Shown here: piece after piece, positions 55,076-64,000 of the stretch | Layout of the letters: the number at the start of each line of letters is the position of its first letter | Numbering within the stretch: position 1 is the stretch's first letter | NCBI GenBank assembly: GCA_963805485.1 | Contig: CAWDUN010000001.1 | Location: 184,494-248,493, forward strand | Length of the DNA: 64,000 nucleotides | Reading direction: 5' to 3' | From: an uncultured Verrucomicrobiae bacterium | Lineage (GTDB): Bacteria; Verrucomicrobiota; Verrucomicrobiia; Chthoniobacterales; UBA10450 | Position numbers and translations under genes: made by a program | Notes under the pieces: generated by a model | What the model was told of the DNA's origin: nothing | The model's database searches: none | The model's input: only the letters and a program-made list of their open reading frames with translations

Positions 55076-57696
55076 TTCTTTTCCGGTGGTTGCACGGTTG
55101 CCAAAACGTACGGTTGATCGCGAAAATATTTGGCAGCCACTTTTTTGATATCGTCGATGGTCACGCCGTTCACGTCGTGCTCGAGTCGCTTATAGAAATC
55201 GAAGCCGAGGCCGTAAAGCTCATCAAGCGCGCAGTGATAGCCGAAAGCGTCATTGCTTTGATTAGCGATCTCTTGTTGGCCGATCAATTTCTTTTTGGCT
55301 CGCTCTAATTCCACAGGCGTAAGACCCTCATTGGCAAGCTTCTGAATTTCGTCGAGGAACTCGGTTTTCACACGCTCGAGCTTTTGCGGATCGGTGCCGA
55401 GATAAAACGAGAACAGCCCCGGCACGAGACCCTGCATTTGAGTGGCTCCCACATAATAAGCGAGACCCATTTTCTCGCGGATACGAATGAAAAAACGAGA
55501 CCCGAGATCGCTGCTTGCTTCATCGATCAATTCCAGCGGATATCGGTCGGGACTGAAGAGGCTCGCGCCGCGGAAGCCGATCATGAGTACCCCTTGTGCC
55601 TTGTCTTTACGGCTCTCGACCGTCTCCGATTTGCTCAGCGGCGCCGAAGGCTTTGCATCTGTCAGAGCAAGCGCCCCGGATTGCATGTTTCCGAGCGTTT
55701 GCTCCACGAGTTGTTTTATCTCGGCTGCGTTAACGTCGCCAAAGACATAGATCACACCGTTCTTCGCCACTACGTAACGATCGCGAAAATCGATCAAATT
55801 TTTTTGCGTGAGGTGCTGAACAGCTTCGATCGAGCCGTTCGAACGTAGCGCATATGGATGCTGCGGGAAAAGCGCCTGTCGCATGATGTTGCGCGCAACG
55901 CTGGTCAATTGTTCATCCTCCTGCTGGATCGAGGCGATCTGGATTTCCTTTTCGCGCGCGACCGCTTTCTCCGGGAACGTGGCGTTGAGCAACACGTCGG
56001 AGAGCATGTCCACACCCAATTTCACATCGGGCTTCATGACATCGACCGACACGCTGAACGAATTATTGCCGGCGTCGCTCGAGATCGAACCGCCCACGGA
56101 TTCGAGCTCATTCGCAATTTGCTCGGCAGTGCGGGTCTTCGTTCCCTTCAACAGCACTTTCGCCATTAATCGCGTAACGCCATTGTCCTCGGGATTTTCG
56201 GCGAGCAAGCCACCACGAAAGACGGCACCCATCCCCACGAGCGGTAAGCGATGATCTTCGCGCACGAGCAATCGCAATCCGTTTGAGAGTTCGAATTTTT
56301 GAATCTCACCCGCGGCAACCGGTTTCCTGGACTCACCTTTCCCGCTCAGGGAGCCTTTCGGATTTAACGAGACCACCGTCAGATTGTTTTCGGTTAGATA
56401 AGTGCGGGCAACGCGTTTGATGTCGTCGAGCGTCACTTTCTGGATCGCATCCAGGTATTGCCGACTAAAGTTCAGATCGCGCGTCAGCAACCAGTTTGAA
56501 CCAGTATCCGAAGCCTGACCGCGCATCGTAGTCAATGCACCGAGATGCTGAGCCAGCGTGATCTTCCTCGCCTTTTCTAATTCGTCCCCGGTGACGCCGC
56601 TCTGTTTCACCTCATCAATGATTTGCAACGTCAATTGTTCGGCAGCTTCGCGCTTCTTCGGGTCGAGAGTGGCGTCGATGCCAAACAAGCCGGGGTCGCC
56701 AGGCGTGTAAGAAAACGCCGATATGCCAAATGCGAGACCGGCTTCTTCGCGCACGCGCCGATAAAGCCGTGAACTGCGGCCATCGCCGAGTATAGTCGAA
56801 AGCAGATCGAGAGCGGGAACGTCCGGACTCGTGACCTCCGGGATGTGCCAGGCCATCGCCAGATGTGTCAACTCCGTGGAAAATTCCCGGTGAACTTCTC
56901 GGCGGCCAAGTTGTGGTGGTTCTGTAGGAATGAACACCGGTTGAAGCGACTTCTCGGGATACGGTTTAAACAAATCGCCCAATTGTTGCCGCACTTTTTC
57001 CGCGTCCACATCGCCCACCACGACGAAGGTGAGATTGTTGGGGACGTAACGAGTTTTGTAATACTGCATCACCTGCTCTTGCGTAAGTTGGTTGTAGATC
57101 TCCAGCTCGCCGATAACCGGAAACCGGTAGGGATGGCGGTGATACGCCGTGGCAAAGAGCAGCAGCGTCGCCACGCGATCGGGATCGTCCATCCCCATGG
57201 CGAATTCGCGCCGGATGACTTCCTGCTCCTTCTTGTATTCCTCCGGCGGGAGGGTGGAATTCATCATGGCGTCGCTCAACACCTCCAGCGCCTTGGCTAC
57301 TCCATCTTTCGGCACGTCGATCCAAAATACCGTGCGATCAAAAGAGGTATAGGCGTTGATGTAACCCCCGACCTCCTGAATGCTCTGCGCAATCTGATTC
57401 GCAGACTGCGTTTTTGTTCCTTTGAACAACATGTGTTCCAGAATGTGGGACAACCCCGCACCAAGATGCTGGTCTTCAGTGATGCTTCCGGTTGCGCACC
57501 ATGCCTGCACGCTCGCCACCGGCGCGCTGTGATCTTCCTGCACGATGACAGTCAGCCCGTTTGGCAAAATCCATTTTTGCGCCGTGCTCGGCGGAAACGA
57601 AATCAGGGCCGACGATTCAGGTGGCGCAGCCTTCAAATTGACCATGGTAAATAATAGAGCCGCTGCGAGAAAACTCGCTACTGGGTTGCGATACAT
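55072..57696 (-). CDS. M16 (pitrilysin/insulinase) family zinc peptidase, two-unit secreted form
   Basis: 874 aa with a signal peptide, the HxxEH motif (SHILEHMLFKGT), and two M16 plus M16_C halves. Confidence 0.9.
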   Translation of the reverse strand: MYRNPVASFLAAALLFTMVNLKAAPPESSALISFPPSTAQKWILPNGLTVIVQEDHSAPVASVQAWCATGSITEDQHLGAGLSHILEHMLFKGTKTQSANQIAQSIQEVGGYINAYTSFDRTVFWIDVPKDGVAKALEVLSDAMMNSTLPPEEYKKEQEVIRREFAMGMDDPDRVATLLLFATAYHRHPYRFPVIGELEIYNQLTQEQVMQYYKTRYVPNNLTFVVVGDVDAEKVRQQLGDLFKPYPEKSLQPVFIPTEPPQLGRREVHREFSTELTHLAMAWHIPEVTSPDVPALDLLSTILGDGRSSRLYRRVREEAGLAFGISAFSYTPGDPGLFGIDATLDPKKREAAEQLTLQIIDEVKQSGVTGDELEKARKITLAQHLGALTTMRGQASDTGSNWLLTRDLNFSRQYLDAIQKVTLDDIKRVARTYLTENNLTVVSLNPKGSLSGKGESRKPVAAGEIQKFELSNGLRLLVREDHRLPLVGMGAVFRGGLLAENPEDNGVTRLMAKVLLKGTKTRTAEQIANELESVGGSISSDAGNNSFSVSVDVMKPDVKLGVDMLSDVLLNATFPEKAVAREKEIQIASIQQEDEQLTSVARNIMRQALFPQHPYALRSNGSIEAVQHLTQKNLIDFRDRYVVAKNGVIYVFGDVNAAEIKQLVEQTLGNMQSGALALTDAKPSAPLSKSETVESRKDKAQGVLMIGFRGASLFSPDRYPLELIDEASSDLGSRFFIRIREKMGLAYYVGATQMQGLVPGLFSFYLGTDPQKLERVKTEFLDEIQKLANEGLTPVELERAKKKLIGQQEIANQSNDAFGYHCALDELYGLGFDFYKRLEHDVNGVTIDDIKKVAAKYFRDQPYVLATVQPPEKK

Positions 57697-57708
57697 TTAG
57701 TCGGTTTG

Positions 57709-57842
57709 TAATGACGAAGCACGAATGACGAATGACGAATGAAACTTACATGACGAAGCCCGAAAGAGCCGAACGCCGGCGTCCATCTTTTGTCATTCGA
57801 GTTTCGACATTAATTCTTCATTCATCGTTCGGATTTCGTGAT
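57709..57842. repeat. family B palindromic element (AATGACGAA repeats)
   Basis: TAATGACGAAGCACGAATGACGAATGACGAATGAA ... TTGTCATTCGAGTTTCGACATTAATTCTTCATTCATCGTTCGGATTTCGTG. Confidence 0.65.
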
Positions 57843-57892
57843 TTATCCGTGGCGCGTGCAACTTCTGCGGCACCAGGACTTCAACTCTCAGC

Positions 57893-58339
57893 TCACTTGC
57901 TCGACGCGGCTGGCTTGGACGCCGGCAACTGCGCCAGAGGTTTCGCCGTTTCCGGTTTCGCCGGGGCGAACGGTTTCACAAACGCTTCCTCGAAATCGTA
58001 AACGTTTTTGAAGTCTTCTATCGAATCCTGCTCGGTTTTCCCGAAAACGCCGACACCGATCAGATTAAAAACCATGTGCCCGATGTCTTCGCACGAACGG
58101 ATGCCCCAGCTATCGAAAACCGTCATCACCATCGGACCGAATTCCTTGAGCGCATACTGCCGGACCCCACCGAGCAACTCCGGCCCGGTGACGTGACGCA
58201 CGCTGACGCCCTTAACTTTCTTCTGTTGCTTGGTCGTAAAGTCGAGCGCGTCGCGTAAAAAGATATACCCGTCCCGCTGATAGCGCGGGTCACTGCCCAC
58301 AACCGACTCGAGAGCCTCGGCGAATCCAATTTTTTGCAT
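57893..58339 (-). CDS. PVC-restricted conserved hypothetical (TIGR04138/Minf_1886-like, from memory)
   Basis: YQRDGYIFLRDALDFT...RHVTGPELLGGVRQYALKEFGPM...WGIRSCEDIGHMVFNLI..GVFGKTEQDSIEDF pattern. Confidence 0.45.
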   Translation of the reverse strand: MQKIGFAEALESVVGSDPRYQRDGYIFLRDALDFTTKQQKKVKGVSVRHVTGPELLGGVRQYALKEFGPMVMTVFDSWGIRSCEDIGHMVFNLIGVGVFGKTEQDSIEDFKNVYDFEEAFVKPFAPAKPETAKPLAQLPASKPAASSK

Positions 58340-58572
58340 AAACAGAAAACGCGCGTTTCAAAAACGCGCAGCGAAAGATAGTCGGCAAAGCTACAAGGGG
58401 CAAGGCCTCAGCGACAAACGAAATCATTTCAAACAACCGGGAAACTTTTCGCACCAAAACATGGTAGGGCGGCTCGCCGAGCCGTCCGTGCGGTTCGTTG
58501 AAAATGCGGCGCGCCCTCGCCGCGGCGAGCAAGCTTTGGCTGGGCCCAACCACCGTTGTATGAGGACGTCTG

Positions 58573-60324
58573 CTACGGGCGCGGTGCTGGGGTAGGCCTG
58601 GATCGCGGAACGGGAGTGGATCTTGGTGTTGTTGTTGCCGTAGGTGTCGGCGTGGCAGTAGCTGTTGGCGTTGCAGTGGTTGTCGCGGTAGGTGTCGCCG
58701 TGGGTGTGGGACTTTGTGCAGGCGCGCAATATCGCCCGCCTGTGTTCAGAAAAAACGGGCCGAGATCATTAAGTCCACCCCAGACAATCTTTTCACTGCC
58801 GCTCCAGACTGCCGTGTGATACGCTCGGCGTTCAGGCGCATTGCTCGTTGTAGTATCCATCCAGTTATCCGTACCCGGATTGTATCTGCCACCGGTGTTG
58901 AATTGTTCTAGCATGTTAGTCCCGCCCCAAACGATCATATCACTGCCGGTCCACACTGCTGTGTGACCAAACCGGCCTCCGGGCGCGTTGGTCGTGCTGG
59001 TGGCTGCCCAATTGTCTGTGCCTGGATTGTATTTGCCGCCGGTATTGAAATAATTGCCGCCATTCCTTCCGCCCCAAACGATCATCTCGTTGCCGGTCCA
59101 GACTCCCGTATGATCGTAACGAGCAGCGGGCGCATCGGTAGTGCTGATGGCTGTCCAACCATCAGTGCCAGGGTTATATCTACCGCCGGTGTCGAAAGAA
59201 TTGCTTCCATTCCAACCGCCCCAGACGATCATCTCACTACCGGTCCACACTGCGGCGTGATCGAACCGCGCGCTCGGCGCATTGGTGATGCTGGTAGCTG
59301 TCCAACTGTCGCTGCCAGGGTTATATCTGCCGCCGGAGCGGAGTTCAAATTCATTCCAACCGCCCCAGACGATCATTTCATTACCGTCCCAAACTGCCGT
59401 ATGAAAGATCCGACCAATTGGCGCGGTAGTTGTGTTGGTTGCCGTCCAGGTATCAGTCGCAGGATTGTATCTTCCGCCGGTGTTTACACTAGCCCCGTCA
59501 TCTCCGCCCCAAACGATCATTTCACTGCCGGTCCACACTGCCGTGTTACCGCCTCGCGGAGCGGGCGCGTTGATGGTGCTGAGGGCGGTCCAACTATCCG
59601 TGCTGGGATCATATCTCCCGCCGGTATTTAAATAGGTGCCACCGTACCCGCCCCAGACGATCATCTCACTGCCAGTCCACACCGCTGTGTGGGAGGCTCG
59701 CGGTGCAGGTGCGTTGGTCGTGCTGGTGGCTGTCCACGTATCCTCACTGCATCCGGCACCATCCGATACTGTAGGAAGCGTGTAGCTAGTCCCGGCCGGT
59801 CCCATGCCCTTCAGAGTCGACGTCAGTTCGCCATTGGATCTTTGGTGTTGCTTAGGGAAATTTGTTACCAAACGGTCAGAGAGTATCGGCCGGGCCAGAC
59901 ACTCCGCGATGACAAACGGATCGTTGCCCACGGCTTTAAAGATCTCACGCAACACCTGCGGTTGCTTCGTGTGGTGCGCGATGCGTTCCATCTCACTCTG
60001 CAACTGCGCAATAGTAATGGGCTGGTGCCAATAATTCTCCAGCGCCTGCGAGTTGCGCAAATAGTCTGTGACTTTCTTTTCCAACTGCGCCTGAGACATC
60101 ATCTCATCGAGCGATGGCTTAGGCTTCGTATTCTCTTTCGGCCATATGCGGTGCTGCCAGTAGACGTCCTCAATCGCTCGCTGGTAAACGACGCGCTGCG
60201 CAAACGTTAAAGTTCTCGGGGAAACACTCGCTTCCGCCCCAGGCCCAAACAAAGCCAGCAGTGTTCCAGCCAGCATCGAACAAACCGCGGACGTGCAAAC
60301 AAGAACTGCGATTTGTCTTTTCAT
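58573..60324 (-). CDS. secreted Kelch-type beta-propeller protein (7 repeats) with a conserved N-terminal domain and a Pro/Thr-rich tail
   Basis: Signal or anchor segment, then an N-terminal domain (TFAQRVVYQRAIEDVYWQHRIWP...ECLARP). Seven repeats follow of W.A.S..NAP..R..HTAVWTGSEMIVWGG......NTGGRYNP.TD.W. The tail is PTPTATPTATTTATPTATATPTPTATTTPRSTPVPRSRPTPAPRP. Confidence 0.75.
   Translation of the reverse strand: MKRQIAVLVCTSAVCSMLAGTLLALFGPGAEASVSPRTLTFAQRVVYQRAIEDVYWQHRIWPKENTKPKPSLDEMMSQAQLEKKVTDYLRNSQALENYWHQPITIAQLQSEMERIAHHTKQPQVLREIFKAVGNDPFVIAECLARPILSDRLVTNFPKQHQRSNGELTSTLKGMGPAGTSYTLPTVSDGAGCSEDTWTATSTTNAPAPRASHTAVWTGSEMIVWGGYGGTYLNTGGRYDPSTDSWTALSTINAPAPRGGNTAVWTGSEMIVWGGDDGASVNTGGRYNPATDTWTATNTTTAPIGRIFHTAVWDGNEMIVWGGWNEFELRSGGRYNPGSDSWTATSITNAPSARFDHAAVWTGSEMIVWGGWNGSNSFDTGGRYNPGTDGWTAISTTDAPAARYDHTGVWTGNEMIVWGGRNGGNYFNTGGKYNPGTDNWAATSTTNAPGGRFGHTAVWTGSDMIVWGGTNMLEQFNTGGRYNPGTDNWMDTTTSNAPERRAYHTAVWSGSEKIVWGGLNDLGPFFLNTGGRYCAPAQSPTPTATPTATTTATPTATATPTPTATTTPRSTPVPRSRPTPAPRP
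58710..59730 (-). repeat. 7 x about 147-nt coding tandem repeats (Kelch blades)
   Basis: Repeats are visible at both DNA and protein level. Boundaries are approximate. Confidence 0.75.
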
Positions 60325-60526
60325 CGCCGGCGTGAACTAACGCAGACGCTCTTGTAACAAGAAACAGACAAACACGTCAACTTGGAAAAAAGTTGCTAAT
60401 TTTTGCCGCGCCGAAGTTTCCTGGAACGAGAACTCATCGCGTCTTACAAGCAGGCTGCGGTCTCGCAGACAATCACAGCTAGCCCCGCGAACCTAAGAAA
60501 CCGGCTTTGTCGTATTTGATCTTCTC

Positions 60527-61807
60527 TCAATCTCCAAACTGGTCTTCCAATGCATCGACGTAAACGGACAGCGGGTCGCGACGCCTTTCGGCTCGTAGTT
60601 GCGATTGATCCACAGCTTTGAGATAACCAGTGAAATTGCCGCTGCCGCTGTTCATTTGGGTCGCCTCGAACCAGTTCATGTAATCGTCGATCTCGGTCAT
60701 GCGTGCGGCGAGCTGTTGTCGAGTCAGCTCCAGATGCGCCAGGCGCTTCGGAACTCCCCGCCGTTTCCCGCGGGCAAGCAGCGCAGCGATCGACTGGTAT
60801 TCATGGCCAATCGGCCGCAACACTGGATTGTTTTGGGGAACAAGGACTAGTAAATCGCGTCTCAACTGATCGAGTCCCATCTTCTCACTGGCGGACAGTT
60901 TGTGTTTCGCCAGTTCATCGAAGCGCACCAGCTTCACCGGCTTGTTTGGTTCCGATATTTTCACCGTTAACAATTCATCTAGGCGCCGGTCGCTTTCCGC
61001 GAACGTAAATAACCGAAATGTCTGCAGGCTCGTTAGGCGATTCAACGCCAGCTGCCAATTTTTCTCGGCGTCGTCCCGGAGTGACGGAAATTGCGCCTCA
61101 AGATTTGCGAGCGGATCATTTGAAGAATCGTACAAATGATTGATGTATTTCGCCAACTGGGCTCCGCCATTCTTTGCGTCCAGGAGCATTTGCACCAGCG
61201 CAAAAGCGTAAGCGCGGTACAGCGTGCGGCCGGTAGAATCAAGAAGCCCGGAACGTTGGCTAAGAAATTTCTCCAACGGCAGAGGTTTCTCCGTGTTGCC
61301 GATTGCCTCGATCAACGGAGTCCGGTCACCTCCCGGCGCAAGAGCCAGTGCGCCCTCAATCAACCAATCGGGCGGCTCAACCAGCACCGCGCCCGCAGTG
61401 ATGTGCGGCTGATTGCGGTAAATCATTTCGAGCAAAATCGCGCGGAGCAGTTCCCTTTCGACCAGCGAGACGTCGACGTTGTTGGAGATAGTCAGGTCGA
61501 CTTGCAGCTTGATGCCGAAACCCGTCTGACTGAATCGCAGATCAGCCGGCGGCAACTCGGGAAGATTTGACTGTTGTGATTGCAAGTTCACTACGACAGG
61601 CGTCTTCCAGTCGTCGCGCTGCCGCAATAGGGCGAGAAGATTAGATTTCGTCTGTTCAGCCAACCCAGACATCGCGCCGCGGACCTTTGCATTAGCCCCA
61701 TAAATGACAAATTGCCGCGACGGACTCGTACTGTGTTCGGGTTGTGCCGCGTTGGCCGCTTGCCAAGTCACTGCAGAACACAGAACGGCGGCGACGCATT
61801 TCATCAT
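60527..61807 (-). CDS. secreted hypothetical protein
   Basis: 426 aa with signal peptide MMKCVAAVLCSAVTWQAANA. No family recognised. Confidence 0.5.
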   Translation of the reverse strand: MMKCVAAVLCSAVTWQAANAAQPEHSTSPSRQFVIYGANAKVRGAMSGLAEQTKSNLLALLRQRDDWKTPVVVNLQSQQSNLPELPPADLRFSQTGFGIKLQVDLTISNNVDVSLVERELLRAILLEMIYRNQPHITAGAVLVEPPDWLIEGALALAPGGDRTPLIEAIGNTEKPLPLEKFLSQRSGLLDSTGRTLYRAYAFALVQMLLDAKNGGAQLAKYINHLYDSSNDPLANLEAQFPSLRDDAEKNWQLALNRLTSLQTFRLFTFAESDRRLDELLTVKISEPNKPVKLVRFDELAKHKLSASEKMGLDQLRRDLLVLVPQNNPVLRPIGHEYQSIAALLARGKRRGVPKRLAHLELTRQQLAARMTEIDDYMNWFEATQMNSGSGNFTGYLKAVDQSQLRAERRRDPLSVYVDALEDQFGD

Positions 61808-62012
61808 TTGTCCGGCGATAATACCTGCGACGAACGGCGGCTGACCAGCAGCAATTGCACGCTGCTCGACGCATCCGCCTTACGGCGCAATCACGAAACA
61901 GAGATCAGTGGCGGCAGTCGCCAGGGTTCAGTTCCGGGCCTGCTCATCGCGGCGGTTCAAATGGCTTGGGGGAACAGCTGTTACGAGGGAATCAAAAACA
62001 GGAGGAATATTG

Positions 62013-62453
62013 ATGAAAACCAAACGTGTACTTTTCATAAGCTGCTTGGCGGCAGGCGCTGTGATTGCTTCGCCTTCATTTGGCAAACCGGCCAAGAAGT
62101 CCGCAGGCATGTCGCAGTCGAAGGCAACCAGAGTAGCTTCGCACAGCAGCCGGGGGATGCACCACAATCAAAACGTTAGCCCTCGCATGGGTGGCACTCG
62201 TTACTACAGCGGCGCCCGTTACACCGGCACGCCTTCCTATGCGGCCCGGCAATACAGTGGGACGCGTTACAACGGCGGAACGCGCAATTACGGTAACTAT
62301 TATGGAGTTGGCACCGGCTATTACAACCCGATCAAAACCGGGGCCGCGCTGGTCGAAGAAAAGCGGCGGAGTAAAGTTCGGGTCGCCAGAATCAATGGCC
62401 GGGCTGCCTGGCAACAATTGATGTGTGAAGGTCGGACCGCCATTGTTTTGTAG
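62013..62453 (+). CDS. secreted Tyr/Gly/Arg-rich low-complexity protein; true 3' end uncertain
   Basis: Start moved to ATG 62013, with AGGAGG 6 nt upstream. Signal peptide MKTKRVLFISCLAAGAVIASPSFG, then ...GGTRYYSGARYTGTPSYAARQYSGTRYNGGTRNYGNYYGVGTGYYNP. Confidence 0.45.
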   Translation: MKTKRVLFISCLAAGAVIASPSFGKPAKKSAGMSQSKATRVASHSSRGMHHNQNVSPRMGGTRYYSGARYTGTPSYAARQYSGTRYNGGTRNYGNYYGVGTGYYNPIKTGAALVEEKRRSKVRVARINGRAAWQQLMCEGRTAIVL

Positions 62454-63243
62454 CGGACCTAACAACGGATCCGTGTTGATCTGATCGCCGGGACCGTTTA
62501 AGACCCCTCCGCCATCGTCGCTGCTGAGGTTGAACCCGAGCGACGTTACCGTGCCGGAGCCGTTCGACATATTGGGCCCTAACGCACCTCGGTTTAGAAC
62601 CGCGCTTTCAATGTCCAGTGTTCCCAAGCGATTAACACCCGCTCAATGTGCTGTTAGTTACTGTCAGCGACGCGGTACTCTCAAAGCCATTGAGAATGGC
62701 ACCGGCAGCGAATTCACCTCTATTACCGCTGAGAGCCCTGTTGTTGATGGTCAGCGTTCCATCGTTTGCTATGCCACCAGTATAATCTCCGGCGTAGTTA
62801 CCGCTGAGGGTGCTACTCTCGATCGTAAGCGTCGCGTTGCTCTCAGCGCAGATGCCACCGCCGGTGCCGTCTGTCGAGTTACCGCTGACCGTGCAGTTGA
62901 TCAATGAAAGCGAGGAGCCTTGGTCGAGAATGCCGCCGCCACAACTGAATTGAGAAGCAAGCCCGTTGCTGATCGTGAGGCCTTGTATCGCTACCGAACG
63001 TCCGGGCATGAGATTGAAAATGCGGAAAGCCGGAGCGTTTTGCGCTCGTGAGACGCCCAGGAGGTTCGGGCCAAGGCCGCTAACGGTGATGCTCTTGTTG
63101 ATGACAAACTCGGCGCTGCTCAGAGAGATCGTTTGGCCCTCGAGCGACGGATCGAAATTGATCGTGTCGCCGTCGTGCGCATCAACTAGCGCCTGCCGCA
63201 ACGAGCCCGGGCCGCTGTCGTTCGTGTTGGTGACGGTTAACAA
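62076..63243 (-). pseudogene. right-handed beta-helix (choice-of-anchor-Q-like) protein: N-terminally truncated and frame-broken
   Basis: 62632..63243 encodes LTVTNTNDSGPGSLRQALVDA..DTINF...ISNG...GGGI repeats. 62076..62627 continues in another frame with ..DPLLGPLQNNGGPTFTHQLLPGSPAIDSG...DQRG. The frames rejoin if one G is added to the run at 62638-62640. No signal peptide or start lies upstream, because an in-frame TGA follows shortly. Confidence 0.55.
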
Positions 63244-63390
63244 AGCAGGGTCATGGGCTTTGCGACAAAACGCATAATGATCGTACCCGTTAGTCCTATT
63301 CTGGACTGGTCAACTGAGTCGAGTGAAATCCGAACACATCGATTGAGAATTAAAGCCTATGGGCGCGGCGCTGGCGGTTCAAACACAACG

Positions 63391-63951
63391 TCACTGCTCG
63401 GCCAGCCACTCGCGGTAGACGTACGGGGAAATCTCAGATGGTTTGATTTCGCTGCGTCCGCCCCAAAAGACGTTGGTGTAAGAGACTGGAATTCCGCACG
63501 AACCAAGGTGCCGATCGATGGCGGCTTTGTGCTCCAGCAGCAGCTGTTTGTCGGTTCCATGCGCCACAGCCATGATGTTGACGTTCTTAAATTCCGGACC
63601 GGCTTCGCGCCAGTAGCAATGCGTCAAGATATGATGTCGCCCGACTTCGCCTCCCGTTTCAATTTCACGGCCAGGCGGAACTGCCCAGTGAAACAGTGCG
63701 TTGAATCGCGTCACACGCACGCCGCCCGCTGACGGTTTGACATGTTCGAGGAAAGTTGAAAAACGGCCTATAATCTTTCGCGCATTTAAATCTTCGGCTA
63801 CGCGACAGAATTCCTCGAACGAGATGTCGGCTTCGCCTGCCCGGGAAATCCACGGTGAAGGCTTGACCTCTTCCGGAGTGAATTCGCGCTTGAGAGCAAG
63901 CAAAACATGCCATTCGTGGTCACTCAGCTCAACGCGCTGCACAGGCATCAT
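63391..63951 (-). CDS. AsnC/Lrp-fold protein resembling siroheme decarboxylase (NirD/AhbA-like)
   Basis: wHTH-like N-terminus, then NALFHWAVP...LTHCYWRE...NIMAVAHG, reminiscent of NirDLGH/Ahb proteins. The frame stays open to the right edge, so the true start may lie beyond 64000. Confidence 0.35.
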   Translation of the reverse strand: MMPVQRVELSDHEWHVLLALKREFTPEEVKPSPWISRAGEADISFEEFCRVAEDLNARKIIGRFSTFLEHVKPSAGGVRVTRFNALFHWAVPPGREIETGGEVGRHHILTHCYWREAGPEFKNVNIMAVAHGTDKQLLLEHKAAIDRHLGSCGIPVSYTNVFWGGRSEIKPSEISPYVYREWLAEQ

Positions 63952-64000
63952 TTTCGCCGGCTGATCAGCTTTGCTTCCAGGCTGAATCGTTTTCCGTCGA

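Noticed and set aside
56845-57654. 269-aa ORF antisense to the M16 peptidase gene
   Set aside because: Same reasoning: the peptidase frame has clear family motifs, while the antisense product is Arg/His-rich with no domain.
58963-59631. 222-aa ORF antisense to the Kelch repeats
   Set aside because: It is the repetitive antisense reading of the Kelch blades. The sense frame has a signal peptide and canonical repeat motifs.
1-64000. Genomic island, prophage, defence system, toxin-antitoxin pair or biosynthetic gene cluster
   Set aside because: There are no integrase, transposase, capsid, terminase, restriction, Cas, NRPS or PKS-like genes, no flanking tRNA, and no obvious compositional break by eye. 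Hypothetical genes are scattered singly among housekeeping genes rather than clustered in operons.

Overview
Housekeeping-dominated chromosomal window. I saw no rRNA, tRNA, CRISPR array, integrase, transposase or phage genes. The source looks like a soil PVC-group bacterium (Verrucomicrobiota/Chthoniobacterales-like); this is inferred from gene families and repeat types and is not proven. Confident genes are lon, recA, alaS, rplT-pheS-pheT, carA, proC, nadC, birA, hldD, rmuC, lhr, mlaEFD and three hsp20 paralogues. Also present are Prc-type and M16 proteases, a cobalamin-riboswitch/TonB-receptor unit, permeases, and several secreted repeat proteins (BNR, PD40, Kelch, beta-helix). I did not find a convincing novel multi-gene system (no defence island, toxin-antitoxin pair or biosynthetic cluster). 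The non-trivial content is as follows. (1) A very dense population of palindromic repeats: at least four families and more than 20 copies. These include GTAG...CTAC REP-like double hairpins that supply the TAG stop codons of three genes, and one copy lying in frame inside alaS. (2) Five secreted Tyr/Gly-rich low-complexity proteins, two of them with peptidoglycan-binding motifs. (3) A 457-bp highly structured pheT-carA spacer ending in a strong intrinsic terminator, a candidate sRNA or attenuator. (4) Three 1-nt reading-frame breaks, each at a homopolymer, which more likely reflect assembly error than gene decay. (5) Smaller oddities: hsp20-lon ATGA coupling, a 42-codon duplicate of a signal peptide coupled to the upstream gene, and convergent mutually open ORFs. 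All family names come from motif recognition by eye; no database search or folding program was run.
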